Assembly: GCF_009914755.1 (NCBI RefSeq)
Contig: NC_060926.1
Direction: 5' to 3' (one strand)
From: the human T2T-CHM13v2.0 reference genome, Homo sapiens
Length of the DNA stretch: 64,000 nt
This document shows, one piece after another, positions 35,960 through 50,569 of the stretch. The translations under genes were made by a program, and so were the position numbers. The first letter of the stretch is position 1, and the number at the start of each line of letters is the position of its first letter. The notes beneath the pieces were generated by a model, which did no database searches, was not told the DNA's origin, and was given only the letters and a program-made list of their open reading frames with translations.

Positions 35960-36304
35960 ATATTATAATTGAAAAAGTCTTAAAGTAAGAGAGTAGGAAG
36001 GCTGTAGAATTAATTATTGAAATATTGAGATAAATTGAATCAAACTTTTGAGCTGCTAAATCACGAAGGGTTAAACTAAGATTTTAAAATATAAGCATTA
36101 TCAACTACAAATTTTTTTATTATCAGTGCACTGAGTTATATAAATTACATTTTAAAATCTTAATTAGCTCATCTCATTCCTTTTTAGTTTTTGTTGTATT
36201 TTATGATAAATTATTATAGTTGTACATGTGAAGATTTTCTAAATGAATACCCATATATTTACTGGGGTCCATCTTCAAATATTTTTAATGATAGGGATCA
36301 AAAT

Positions 36305-37025
36305 TTTTTATTTTTATTTTATTATAATAATAATAATTATTGTTATTTTTAACTTTTAAGTTCAGGGGTACATGTGCAGGTTTATTACATAGGTAAACTT
36401 GTGTCATGGGGGTTTGTTGTACAGATTATTTCATCACCCAGATATTAAGCCTAGTACCCATTCGTTATTTTTCATGATCTTTTCCCTCCTCGCACCCTTC
36501 ACTATCCAGTAGGCCACAGCGTGTGTCGTTCCCCCATGTGTTCTCATCATTTAGCTCCGACTTATAAGTGAGAACATGCAGTATTTGGTTTTTTGTTCCT
36601 GTGTTAGTTTGCTAAAAATAATGGCCTCTAGCTCCATCCACGTCCGTGCACAGGATATGATCTCATTCTTTTTTATGGCTGCATGGTTTTCAATGGTATA
36701 TATGTACTATATTTTCTTTATCCAGTCTGTCACTGATGGGCATTTAGGTTGATTCCATATCTTTGCTATTGTGAATAGTGCTGCAATGAATGCATGCACA
36801 CAGGTGTCTTTACAATAGAACAACTTTTATTCCTTTGGGTATATACCCAGTAATGGGATTGCTGGGTCAAATGGTATTTCTGTCTTTAGGTCTTGGAGGA
36901 ATCACCACACTGTCTTCCACAATAGCTGAACTAATTTACACTCCCACCAACAGTATGTAAGCATTCCTTTTTCTCCGTAACCTTGCCAGCATGCGTTACT
37001 TTTTGACTTTTTAGTAATAGCCAAT
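36305..37025 (-). mobile_element. Older L1PA 3' fragment
   Basis: aacttttaagttcaggggtacatgtgcagg...cccagtaatgggattgctgggtcaaatgg. Confidence 0.88.
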
Positions 37026-37436
37026 AATTTTGATTTTTAATAGTAAGGCAACGCTGCAGTAGGTCAAACCATTTTGTATGAATATTAAAATAAAAGAATG
37101 ACCCAAAGGATGCTACAAACTTGCTTTCCAGTTGTTTTATGTACCTGAATACACACATTGGCCTTGACGAATATCTCCAATAGGTAGTGCTGATGTGGCC
37201 AATTCAGTCCCTTTTTGTGAGCCAAGTGACCACTTAGGAAGTTGTTCTGAACCTATGTCCAGATTAGACTTACATGGAAACCTGTGTAAAATTATCCATT
37301 GCCTCACAGTCTCCATGGTTAGAACTTTAGTGTCAGTTATTTTTCTTTTCAAACCCACTTGTAATTTCATTCTTCCATCAGAGGTGAGAACTAGGGATTA
37401 GGGCTTCTGTTAGCCTAGGGCCAACTGAGGATACCA

Positions 37437-38062
37437 TCAATTCTCATTTTTGGTGGCAGTTATATTCTATAAAGTCACTATAAGCACTGAATTAGTGAAT
37501 ACTGAGCCATTGCTTCTAGAGAAAATGCAGGGTTAGGTTCCTATGAGCCCCAGTCACATTTTTGTCAACTGATCAATACATAACTTTGTTTTGAATGTAT
37601 TTCTGTTTAAAGACATTTTATTTAGTATATATTGTTGATTCATCAACATTGAATTCACAACCAATTGCACTATGACTCATACCTGAACAAAGCTTACCTA
37701 ACATACTTATTTTCTTTTGTGCTCAGGAGTATTAGACCGCACTTCAGCACTGTGCTGGGAGGCCATTTTAAACAGTGAAATCACTAACAAAGAACACAAA
37801 AATGTGAAAAATGTGGCACTAAATATACTACAAAAAGGATACTTATTTATAGTATAACAGCTGCAACAAGAAGGCAGAGCACTGCCTTGTTTGACCTCAG
37901 TTAGGAATCTGTGCATCAGGTGATTCAAATGTTTCACTGTTCTGCACTTTGCAAATGACTGTGAAAGGGCCACAAGTATTGATTATTTAGGGGTTACAAA
38001 TAAGTATCAGCAAGTAACTGAATTCACACATATGAAACCCATGAATAGTGAGTATCAACTAT
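37437..38062 (+). mobile_element. MER82-like TcMar-Tigger DNA transposon
   Basis: gcactgaattagtgaatactgagccattgc...ggggttacaaataa, about 630 bp. Confidence 0.7.
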
Positions 38063-38431
38063 CCTATGGTTTGAATTATTGTGTCCCCTTCAATATTTAT
38101 GCTGAGATATCATCCCCAATGCAACAGTGTTAAGAGGTGGGGCCTTTAGGAGGAGGTTAGACCATGAGGGCTGTGGCCTAGTGGGCAGGATTAGCACCCT
38201 TTTAAAAGTGAGTGAGTTGAGCACATTTTGCCCTTCTGACCCACTATGTCAAGAAATAGCATTCATGGTGCCATCTTGGAAGCAGAGGCTGGGGACCTCA
38301 CCAGATGCTGAACCTATCTGTACCCTTGATCTTGGACTTCCCATCCTTCAGAACTGTGAGGAAATAAATTTCTGTTCTTTATATTACCCAGTCTCAGGTA
38401 TTTTGTTGTAGCAGAACTAACAGACTGAGAC
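38063..38431 (+). mobile_element. MST-like MaLR LTR
   Basis: ctatggtttgaat start; ttgatcttggacttccc...agactgagaca end. Confidence 0.75.
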
Positions 38432-38686
38432 AAACTGTATATATATAGCTTGCTGGCCTGAGCAGGAGAATTTGGAAACTGGATTATGTTTTTTAGATAT
38501 CTTCCTGAATCATTCATAATTCATTTTGGCTAAAGCTGTGATATAAGTGGACACATATTTTCAGCAATTTATGAAAGGACATGTAGTCTGGAACATTCAT
38601 CTGCTAAATTCATTGGCCTGGGCATTGTCACATAATTGCTTAGAACAAATAAAACCTATTAGGCATTATATAAAATACACAACTTC

Positions 38687-38981
38687 TGCTGGGTGTGGTG
38701 GCTCACGCCTGTAATCCCAGCACTTTGGCAGGCCGAGGCAGGCAGATCATGAGGTCAGGAGATCGAGACCATCCTGGCTAACATGGTGAAACCCTGTCTC
38801 TACTAAAAATACAAAAAATTAGCCGAGCATGGTGGCGGGCACCTGTAGTCCCAGCTACTCGGGAGGCTGAGGCAGAAAAATGGCATGAACCCAGGAGGCG
38901 GAGCTTGCAGTGAGCCAAGATCGCATCACTGCACTCCAGCCTGGGCGACAGAGCAAGACTCCATCTCAAAAAAAAAAAAAA
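38687..38981 (+). mobile_element. AluY-like element followed by an AT-rich tail
   Basis: gatcgagaccatcctggctaac, ggcggagcttgcagtgagcc. Confidence 0.93.
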
Positions 38982-41782
38982 TATATATATATATATATAA
39001 TATATAATATTATTTATATATTATATGATATATAAATTATATAATATATATAAAAATATATAACTTCATGGCAGTAGCCCCCTGGACACTTTGGAGCATA
39101 AATCCTTAGCTAATATTTGGAAGAATCAAATTACATATGAATTCAACTGAAAAGTCCACAATGTCTTTAAACTGGAGACAAAGTAACAAGTGCAGGAAAT
39201 CTGAATCAGAATTACTTCGAAGGATTTTTGCATAACTCATGCCTACTAACAAGGCCCATAGCAGGGCTTCAACTTGTGGTTCAGGAAAGAGAATGAGGGA
39301 CTGAAGAAGGAAGTCCTAGATCATTGAAAAAACTGTCTTGCTTATAGTAACTGGAGTTTCTTATACTTTTACCAAAAAGGAAGAGGGAAGTTATGGAGAA
39401 CATAAGGAAATTCAACTTCCACACAAAAATAATACACAGTCACATTTATTGCAAGTTTATCATGGCCTAGGTGACTAATATTTAAACTGAGAAGATTTAA
39501 TGTGACTTAGTGATACATCCCTAAGATGTGATGGAGAGAGGCTCAATGGGTGGATCACTGGGCCCCATCTGTACTCCAAAAAGAGTACACTTTTTTTAAA
39601 AAGTTCATATTTTGTGATTATGCATTTTTGGAAAGGCGTTTGAAAGTCTCTGCTGGGGGATCAAAACATGACGTACAAAGAACTCTCACAAAAATAGAAA
39701 TATGGTATCAGGGCTTTCTTAGACTGCCTCATATTTATATACACCCAAAAAGTTGCAAGATTAATTCAGAGCCAGCAGCTGCCTTTACCAACAGTTTTTC
39801 ATAGAATCAAATGCTAAAAAAGTTGAGCAAGTTCTGGAACCTGTATACCATTTTGTTGAAGGTGGGAAAGGGACTTCAATTATATTATGCTAGTACTGTT
39901 ATAAATGAAAGAATGGATGAGTAAAGCCAGTAACGAAGAGATGAGACACCTATTTATTAAGATCACAAATTATACCATATTTTATAATGTAAATGTATAC
40001 TGCATATTAAAATACATTTTCTGATTATTCCTTAAATAATTAACTTTTTTTCCCTCTGAATTCCCAATAAATAGGCTGTGTGTTTCATTTATCTATCTGA
40101 GTATTTGTGTTGAGGGTATATAGATTTAGCAGCTTTGGGGAGCTTGCAGAGTCCCTCTTCATCCTTAGAACTCATTCAGAATTTTAGAACTTATTTAGCA
40201 TAGATGATTTCATTTCATTCATCCTTTCTCCCTGAAAGGCAGTAAGAGTCTCAAGGGACATATTCATACTATGTGAGAGATTTTTAAATTATCAAGTGAT
40301 TCAAATTATTTTGATACTACAAATAATCTATATAAAAATACTTTAAGATGAAGGATTTATGATTTTTAATAGAGAAAAATAAATAAGGCAGCATGCATGG
40401 ACTGTGAGTGATCCCTGATAGACATCTCAGAAATGTTTCATTCATCTCAGGAACAGACTGCTTATGTGCTCACAAATGTGCTGCATGCTGTTAATTACCA
40501 ATTAAGCATAATGTTAACATTTAATAATTGTGGAACACCCACAGTGAACCCTAGAGATAGCCTGAAACTTATCTCGAAAAAGGAATTCTGGAGGTTGACC
40601 AAAGTTCTCAGATGAGGCCAATTACTGCCTAAGGCTCATCTTATTCCCTGGAACCTTGATGATATGGTGTCTCCTTTGAAGAGGTGGCAGGGACAAAGCA
40701 GCCCAGGCCAAATCCTAGACATCGTCTTATCCATGCCTTTCTCAGAAAGGTGTAAGTGGGAAAGCCTTCCCTTGCTTCCTTCCTGAGACTTCTCCACACT
40801 GCGACTCACAGATGATGTTTCCTCTGCCGCCACCTTGTGGGGCTTTAACTGTGAGATCTTAACTGCATTGGAACAAATTAAGCTGATTCAGTTAAACAAA
40901 ATTGTAACTATGTACAATTATAGATTTTTTTTTTTGCTGGTTAACAGAAAAGGGAGATAATCTATATTTCCCACTAGGGAGGTAAAATCATGGCTATAAT
41001 TTCAACTTAAAAAACATGTTATAAAGGCAGAGAAGATAACCTTCTACTTCATTACCTCTACTGCTAATGTTCTCTCCAATCTTCAGAAAAAAATCATTTA
41101 AAATTAAGCTGCTCAGGGCCCAAGATACTTCTGCTACAGAATCAGGGAAAAGGGTATAAATATCTATAGGTAAGGGACAAGGTAACATGTATTGAGGATA
41201 TTTATAGGGATCGTTTTCATGACTGTGCCTATGTTACACCTCCCTGCACCTTTCTTTTGTGATTCTATGGCATCCTGAGCTAACCTCTAGCCACAGCACT
41301 CATCTCACTTTGTTACAATTGCATTTTGACTTATCTGCCATTCCTAGTAAGCTATAAGCTTCACAAGGACAGGCAACATGTCTTCATTATTTTTGAATCC
41401 TCAATAGTAGTGTAGAGCTTGGCACACAGGAGGTACTCGATGCATATTTAGTGAATAAATGAACATCAAATGCCTACCATGTGCTAGGAGGTGTGAGGAA
41501 AACAAAGATCTAGACCTATGCTTTTCCTGAGCTTTCTATATGTTACCACATTTAATCTTCACAACTCCATGAGTTTATGAGTGGGCCTATTGTTTTCTCT
41601 CGCTCAGTATTCATTCCTTCTGTTTTTGGTAAAACTGCTCCTAGATTTTCTTCTGGAGAAACCACCCATTTCCTCATCCTCAAACTATCTTTGGGTAGGA
41701 CTGACCCCTTTCCCAGCTATTGAGCTGGAGCCTTATTAGTTTAACCTACTCAACATATCCCACTCCCTAGCTATAGTGATTA

Positions 41783-42155
<373 letters not shown>

Positions 42156-43714
42156 TTAAGGGTTGGGAGGGGGCATCCCTCTATGTCCTAAGAATGGAGG
42201 CAGAAGGGACAGCTGGAGAAATGTGGGTCCTTGGAGAAACTGTCTATATGCCAGATGAAACTTAATCTAAAGCTAGCCCAGGACTTTGAATTACATGAGC
42301 CAATAAATTCTCTTGTTTAGATATATTGAGTTGGATTTTCTGTCATAATATTAAGAGGACTTATTGATCTTCTAATAGGGAGTATCCCCATTTTGCAAAG
42401 GAGAAACTGAGATTTAAAGAAGTTGCATTATATATTCCAATGTCATACTGTCAACAAATGAACTTGGAGTCAATTGTCAACCCCTTCGTTATTTATTGCA
42501 CAGTTTCTTCCAGAGTTAGCATGGATGATAATGACTAGAACCAATTAACCTAGTCTCTTGAAATCAGAATGTGTGTGTGAATTAATGAAATCAGTATTAA
42601 CAAAGTTAAAAAAATAAAATGTTAATAAAGAGAAATTGTCCCAACTCTGACATTGGTATTAACTTATTATCTGCATAATGTGCTTAGCTGATAGGTAGTT
42701 TCCTACATGGATGTTTCCTACATATTAATGAGGGAAAATATCAAAATTTAAGAACTGAATATCAGCTGATTTTTTTTTGTTATTGTAATACTACGATAGA
42801 CTTATAGGCTGAAGCTACATGTTTTGCTTAGTTAACAGTTGAAAGTTGAGTTCAATAATAATTTAGTTTTTCAAATTTATACATGAAAAGCTATATTTTA
42901 GGCAATGCTTTCCAAGGGAAATTAGTTTTGTTTCCTTCTAAACATGTATTTATTGATGTGTAGATTTATTTAAAATAATGTACAGAAAGATATTTCACAT
43001 AGGAAATCAAATACATAATTATTTGATCTTTGTTATCTATATGCTCAAATGGTTTCTATGTCCTCACTCAGACATTTTTTGTATCTTCTTTTCATTTTAT
43101 TTTTTTGATATCAGTAACAACCATTTTCTTAGACACTTTATGAGCAAACTCTAGCCTAAAGATTCTGTTGCTAGGTAACATCCTCCTTTCTCCTCCCATC
43201 TCCTCTCCCTTTCTTTTCTGCTGGTTGCCATAGTGCCTCTCTTAATGGGTGGCTCAAGTCCTTACTATAATCCTGGAAGTTGAATAAAAACCTAAGTATA
43301 TCTCTCTCTCTCTTTCTGTCTTCTATATAGCCTAGTTGCTCAGTGAAATATTTGGATTTAATTAAGTATCAATTAATCATTCAGTATAATTACTCTATAA
43401 ATATGTACTTTACAATTTATCTGGATTTTTGGTTTACCTTACAGAACAATTTCATGGGTTGAAACTCTAATTGAAGAGTTGTTTAATTTGGGCAGGGTTG
43501 GGAATTTAAGTTCTGGAATTTCATTTGGATTTAATTAAATACAGATTAATCATTCAATATAATTACTCTATAAATATCTATTTTATGCAATTTATCTGGA
43601 TTTTTGGTTTACCTTACAGAACAATTTCATGGGTTGAAACGCTAACTGAGATTTGTTTAATTTGAGCAGGGTTGGGAATTTAAGTTCTGGAATTTCTTTT
43701 TCTTCAGAGTGCTT

Positions 43715-44175
43715 GACATTTTCCACCTGCCCATAAAGATCTACTTTTCACTCTTCTCTACATTGCTCTGTGCCAGGGAGCCTAACCTCTGTGGACTGCG
43801 TCAATGAGCTCTCTTTTCCTCTAGCTTCTGATCAGATTCAGCCAATGGAAGCAATAGCAGGAAAGCAGAGGTAGGGAGAAGAGTGAGGTTTTGGTATTTA
43901 TTCCCTAGGCTAATCTTAATGCAGGTCATGGTGCATCCGTGTGCTAAAAGTCATGTGTCAGGGGACCCTCTTCATACAATAATTCTATCCATGTTTTGAT
44001 AACTGCTTTCTTGCCTCGCACCTTCTGCCTAAGGGTGGTAATGGGTCCTCAACACTGCTTGCACTGGGACGCTGTATCAGGCCTGATTGGTTTATCTTAC
44101 CTATGTCAACACTTTTGTAAATAGTGACTTTATTACAATCCCTCAATTACTGTGTCTGAATGTGCCATCTGCTTT
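43715..44175. mobile_element. LTR33-like ERVL LTR
   Basis: ttcagccaatggaagcaatagcaggaaagcagagg...gagaagagtgagg pattern, from recalled consensus. Confidence 0.5.
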
Positions 44176-46165
44176 TTTCTGGTGGAAGTGGCAGCAGCAG
44201 CAACTGAGCTTTATGGCTAAAAGACAGAAAACAAGGAAAGCGTTTAAGGTAAGGTGAGCTGAGAAGATCTTGGGTGGTGCATTAATTGGGCTCATTATAC
44301 CCACCCATAACTGATCATGGGTCGTCATCTACATTAGTACCTATCACAATTCTTACCCCTCTTTGTACCAGGAGAGTACTAAGTTTTTTTCTCTTTCTTT
44401 TACTTCAGTTCCTAATTTTGGATAACTCAAGCAATGAAGTGTTTTATAGCTTGATTCTTAGGTTTTAAGTAACATTAAAGGCTCTAAGAATGGGACTTTA
44501 TTCTCTCACACTCATTCAAAACTACACAAGCACTGGTGATTGTGTAGTGAAAGGTGACAGCACAACAGTGAACATTATGATCGGGGTCTCCTGTTTTCAG
44601 CTTTCAGATTTTGTGTGCTATTTCCTGAACATGAAAAATAATCAGTTCATGTTTTATTTTAAAAATATTTTGCAACTGCTTTGATCTGTGTCTACATCCA
44701 CAATGCAAGTTATTACTACGTTTCCTCTGAAGATGTAATTGGTGCTACTTATTTCACAAGATTGTTGTGAAAGTCAAATGTGATAATGTGCAAAATAGCT
44801 GTGAAAAATATCAAGTGTTATATAAAAGAATAAATTGTAATTTTTAAATTTTTATTACCAGGTTTTATTTCCACCAATAATTGTACATAAATATGAAGGG
44901 GGGCACTCTTATTTTACACATACACAAAACACCTGAGGATTAATGTGGAAATGAGATGATCTCAGCTTTTAGTTGGCCAAGAATATATTTAAGAATTGGG
45001 CCACTTTTATGTTTTTGATGAAACGATTTTTAATTTTTTGTAACAGGACTACTCTAACTTAACTGACACTACACAGAAGCGAGTTACTAACCAATGGGAT
45101 AAGCATCAACATAAAAGAATTTAACTGACATATTTAATTTATATATTTCTAGAGAGTCAGCTTTGTGGGTGTATCAAACCCATGTTATTACAGAAGCGGG
45201 TTACTAACCAGTGGGATAAACACCAACATAACAGAATTTAACTGACATATTTAATTTATATATTTCTAGAAAGGCAGCTTTGTGGGTATATCATCCCATG
45301 TTATCTAGGTAGAATCTAAATGATATTCATAAGCACGCAACTTGGATTTAAAATTTAAGGTAGGTATTTTTCTGATCTTACCTGAAAAGCAGATGACTTT
45401 ATTGAGGATTTTAATCATACTGTTGCTGTTCTTATTCAGCATTAGTTGTGGACACATACTGTGATCAACATTATCTACATATATATAATTTCTCAAGAAG
45501 TTTTCATTGAGTCCAAATTGCTTAATAGACTTAATAATCAAAGTGAGGATGTATATATGCAGAAAGTATACCAATCATCACCTTTCTGAAGAGCCTTGTT
45601 AACAATTTTATGCTAAAATGCACTATTATTAAATTGCTTTAGAGTTTGTACTCCTGCCAAAAGAGTACTAGTATTTTCAGAATTAAAAACAGAAAACTGT
45701 GTTATTGAGAGCTTAGCTGAAGAAAGGTCAGTTTGCCAAGTGGCTGCTTGAGGTAATAAATGGTAAATAATATTTATTTTTGTCTTATTTGGCATGCTTA
45801 TTATTTTTCTTCTGTCCTCACTGGTGGGCAGTAACCCTTAGAAAGATACTGAAAGGAACAACTTCGGGCTTAAAATAAAATTATGACTGGATGGCTTCAC
45901 TTGATAGTGTCATATTTTTATGTCTTATGCAAATAACACATATATATCTTCATTATTCCATATTAAAAAAATGAATAATTTCTGGAAAAGTATGATAATT
46001 ATTGCATGTAGATCAATTAAGGAAATCTATGTTAAGGTATATTGGAAATCCAATTAAGGAATACATTTTAGCATAAAATAGATAAATACTAGGGTAGATC
46101 AATGTGACAGAACAACAGTGAACATTATGATCAAGTGTCTCTTTTTTCAACTTTCAGATTTTGTG

Positions 46166-46555
46166 TGCTATGAATGAAATGCTTCCCTCTCCAAATTTGC
46201 ATGCTGCAACCCCAACCACCAATGGGATGATATTTGGAGATAGATCTTTAGGAGACAATTCAGTTAGGTGAGGTCATGAGAGTGGGGTCCTCATGATGGG
46301 AATTGTGCCCTTATAAAAAGAGACCCCAGAAAGTTTGCCCCCTCTCTGGCTATCCTCATGCACCAAGCAAAGGTCATGTGAGGACACAGGGAGAAGGCAG
46401 CCATCTGTAACCAAGGAGAGAGGCCTCACCAGGCACTGACCTTGTGGGCAGCTTGATCTTGGACTTCTAGTCTTCAGAACTGTATGAAATAAATTCCTTT
46501 TGTTTAAGCCACACAGCCTATGGTATTTTGTTATGGCAGCCTGAGCTAACAGACA
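46166..46555 (+). mobile_element. MLT1A-like MaLR LTR
   Basis: TGCTATG start, ttatggcagcctgagctaacagaCA end; 5-bp TSD ttgtg/ctgtg. Confidence 0.8.
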
Positions 46556-46934
46556 CTGTGTACGTACTTTCTTAAGTGTTATATGGATTTAGAAGTCGTC
46601 AGAATTATTTTCCATATGCAATTGGCTATACCTTTAATCCTCTAAGTCATAAAACTATTTATATTATTAATTAATTTTTATAATCAATGATGCCCAAAGA
46701 GGCCTTAATTTCTTAGTCCCCTTTCACTTTCATTATCAGCATCAGCAATTTGTTAGGGCCATTTTGGAGGAATCCTCCCTCTCTAAAAATAAATTCTTTG
46801 CCACTTGTCATCAGTGTATCAATTGGAGAAAGGTCTGTTAAGATGCAAATGCTGAGTGGTTGGTAGGCACCCTCACCAGAAGCTGTTCACTCTAGGCAAC
46901 CTCTTAGATAAACAGCCTGACATAGTCACTTAGT

Positions 46935-47842
46935 ATCACAGGCGTCTCAAATTTAACATCTCCAATATTAATTCTTGATTTGGCACTATCCCAAACTGCT
47001 CCTTCCCCAGTCTTCACCATGTAATTTAAGGGCAAATCCAAAACACCAGTAAACCCTGCTGGCTATACCTTAAAAACAGAATAATCATCTCACTACTTCT
47101 CACCATCTCAACTGCTATACCCTAGTAGGTCACCATCATCTCTAGATTACCAACAGATTGCTAACAGATCTTGTTTCTACACTAACCTCCTTCTGTCTGT
47201 TGTCAACAGCTGAAAGAGTGAGCCTTCCTAAATCGTATCATGTCCCACTTAGATTTCAAACTCTTCGGTGGCTCCGTATCACAACCAGAGTATAAAAGCA
47301 AGTACTTAAAATGGTCTGTGAAGCCCTGCATGATCTGCTCCAATGTCCCCGCTTCTGCAACCACTTCCACTACTCTCCCTCTTGCTCAATCTATTCCAGG
47401 CTCACTGGCCTCCTTGTTATTCTTCAAATAGGTCAGGCAGGGTTTTGCTTTAGGACCTTAACTCTAGTTCTTCATGGAAATGTCTTCCTACAGATACCTC
47501 CAGAATGTCTAACTCATTCATGACCTCTAAGTTTTTGCTCAAATCTTGCCTTTTCAATAAAGCTACCCAAGTACTCCATTTAGAGCTACAACCTACTCTG
47601 TCATCTCCCTACCCCTTAACCTTGACTTAGGTTTCCTTATTTTTCAATAGCATTTATCATCTTCTCACATGGTTTATAATTTACTTACTCATCATTTTTA
47701 CTTACTATTGTCTGTTCTCCCTGCTAGAATGTAAGCTCCAAAAAAGCAAGGACATTCCTCCCCTCCTATTGATGTATGTTTTCCACATCTAAAATAGTGT
47801 TACATTATACATGCTCAATAAATAATTATTGAGTAAATGAAT
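46935..47842 (+). mobile_element. L2 3' region
   Basis: Ends ctagaatgtaagctcc...tgctcaataaataattattgagtaaatgaa. Confidence 0.75.
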
Positions 47843-47922
47843 TGTTCTATCTAAATGAAATTTCTTAGTGATATAAAATAAACTCCATTAATGTTGGTTT
47901 CCATTAGCTGGTATGTCTTATT

Positions 47923-47963
<41 letters not shown>

Positions 47964-50569
47964 TTATATGAGGCAAGTAGGCTCTGGGTTTGTGATTGAA
48001 ATTTGCTGAGGAGCTGTGACTCTTTTCTCTCCCTCATTCATATAGTGGGAAAGAGAAAATGAGGTGGCAACAGATAGGAAAAAGAACTGCAGTTAATTTA
48101 TTGTTTACATTTTACTGGTAAATGTGCTGGTTAATTGAATATCTAAACTTATGATAAGACCAATGCCACCAAGATTCAGAAGAAATTCCATAGTTAGACA
48201 TAATCCTGTAAGCTTTATAGTCACCAGAAAGGATGTACCCTGTGTAAGAGAAGTAATTAAATTGGCTAATCTTGGTCAAAACAATGTGTTTCCTTGGCTA
48301 TTTCTCTAGTTATATTTTCTACTGCCATTTAAAAACTTTTAAAGCCTTTTTTCTTTTATGGTGTAAACAATTTTATTATATTCTGAAATACAGCACTATG
48401 GTTGGGGATGGAGAGAAAAGGGGACATACAATGTTTAAGAAACCACATTCTGCAGCCATACTCTCAGATTTGCTAGTCACTATGCAACTGCATTTGTGGG
48501 TAGTGAAATACAATTATCCACCTTACTTTTCACATTTGTAAAGTGGGAATAATAACATATACCTGATGGAGTTGTTTTGAGAAATAACACTTCACAACAC
48601 ACAATGCCTAGTACGTCGTATTCACTCTATAACTATTTTTATAAAGTAAAGAAGGATTTTATTAAAAGAAAAATATTTAAAAAGCAAATTTTTTAAATAG
48701 ACATGACATTTTCATAAAATGCTATTGTTCATACAGTATTAACTTGACTCATGGAGGCAAATTAACATTACTGTTATTTAAAAAAAACTCTATGGCCTTA
48801 TTTGAATTTTTATACTAGAATATTTAAAATTTGAAACACTAGTTTTAGAGAGAGAGATGCTGTGTTGTTCAAAGTCCTCCTCTGCATCTTCATGGTAGGA
48901 ACTTTCTTTGGTAGCCCTTTCTCTAAGTTAAGAGATATATTGGCAGGAACTATGAAGGATCTGATATTTTACCCTAGTTATAAGCAAACAAGTAGAGTGC
49001 CACAGTTTCATGGAAGTTGGCAGAATGTGTGAGATTCCTGAGTCTGAGACAAATAACTTTATTACTCAAAGCACAACAGGCACCATGAGCTTCATACTTC
49101 CATAGATTCCCCTCGTTCTGAAGTCCCACAAGGCGAAGAGGAGCTGCCAGATGGGTGTTGTACATGCACTGTGTTTGTTATGCAACTGGAAGAACTCCAA
49201 GCTTAGGAAAGTCCTAAGAAGGCTGCTAGCAAACGTACCCAAACTTTGCCCTGGCAGGAAATACTATCTTTGCAATTAAATGTGCAGAAAGGCAAGAAAC
49301 CCATGGGGCCTTAACTCCCAACTGCACAAATGCAGCTGCATCAATAAGGCTATTTTGATGAAAACAAGATGCACAAAAATTTTGACCACAGAATCAGACT
49401 AACATTGTAAATGTAAACACTCAATCCTTCCTAAGCAGTTCTTTGAATATGTAGTTAATCCGTTGGAATAAAATTTTGCAATGGTTTGTTCTTTCTAGCG
49501 CTTTATCATTTGATACCTTCATAAGCCATGCATTTTTCCCTTTTGCCACGTAGGTTTTACCCTTCCCCTCTATTTATTTATGCCAATAATTTAACCTTAG
49601 TGGCTTAAGTATTTCTTACAGCATTGAAGGAACTTACAGACACTTTCCCAAGAGTAGCTAGGACATCGGCAATCTTCCTTTCTCTCTGCTGTTTCCTCTG
49701 AGAATTGTTTCACAAGGTCCAACATCCTCTTCTGTAGCATAGCTGAACAACAGATACTCAGCTCTGCAAGGCTGATTTCCTTTGTGAATAGTTAACATTT
49801 TTTTGATAGCCTTATTTTTAAGAAACATGTTAGCCCTTCTCTTGTTCTTCAGAGATAACTCAAAATAATATCATTTGGTTTTTTCATTTGTTCATAAGCC
49901 AAAGCTACAGCTGCCTTGTCCTTTTAAAGTCAGAGCTACAAAATTCATTTGAGTTCCAGAGATAAATCAGACTTGTCCATTGCTATTACTTAATAAGCCA
50001 AAGTAATTGAACATTTAACAAGAGTTTGCCCAAAGGCTGAGTCAGATTATATACAGGACACCGTCTATATTATCAGTGTATAAACAGCAAATAAGTTTTT
50101 AGTGTATGTTCACGTCCTGTGCAATATTTGGGACATACTTACACTAAAAAAGTTTATTTGGAAATCAACTTTAACTAGATATCCTGTTTATTTGCCAACA
50201 TGCCACAATTCAGGTCACCATTTATCTACCAAACAGAATCAATAACCTGTTCGTCCAATGTGGCCTCAAGTGGGTTTTGGCGCAGAAGCACTCCTCCTGG
50301 ACCACAGGTGTGGTCCTGGTTGCAAAGTTTTGATGTGACATCAACACTACACAAAAGTAAATGTAACTGCAAAATTTTGAAATTCACAGATGGGTCTTTG
50401 AAGTCCAGCTCAAAAGCGTGGAGGGCTGGTTAAAATAAGTCACAGACTTGCCGGTTTGGGGTTTCTAGAAAGAAAAGTAACTTGAGGAGTTGAAGGCTTG
50501 TAGAAGACCTTTCCACAGAGAGTGGGAATTCCGTTGCAGCAGCCAAGGCTTCTTCGGGATTTAGAAGGA

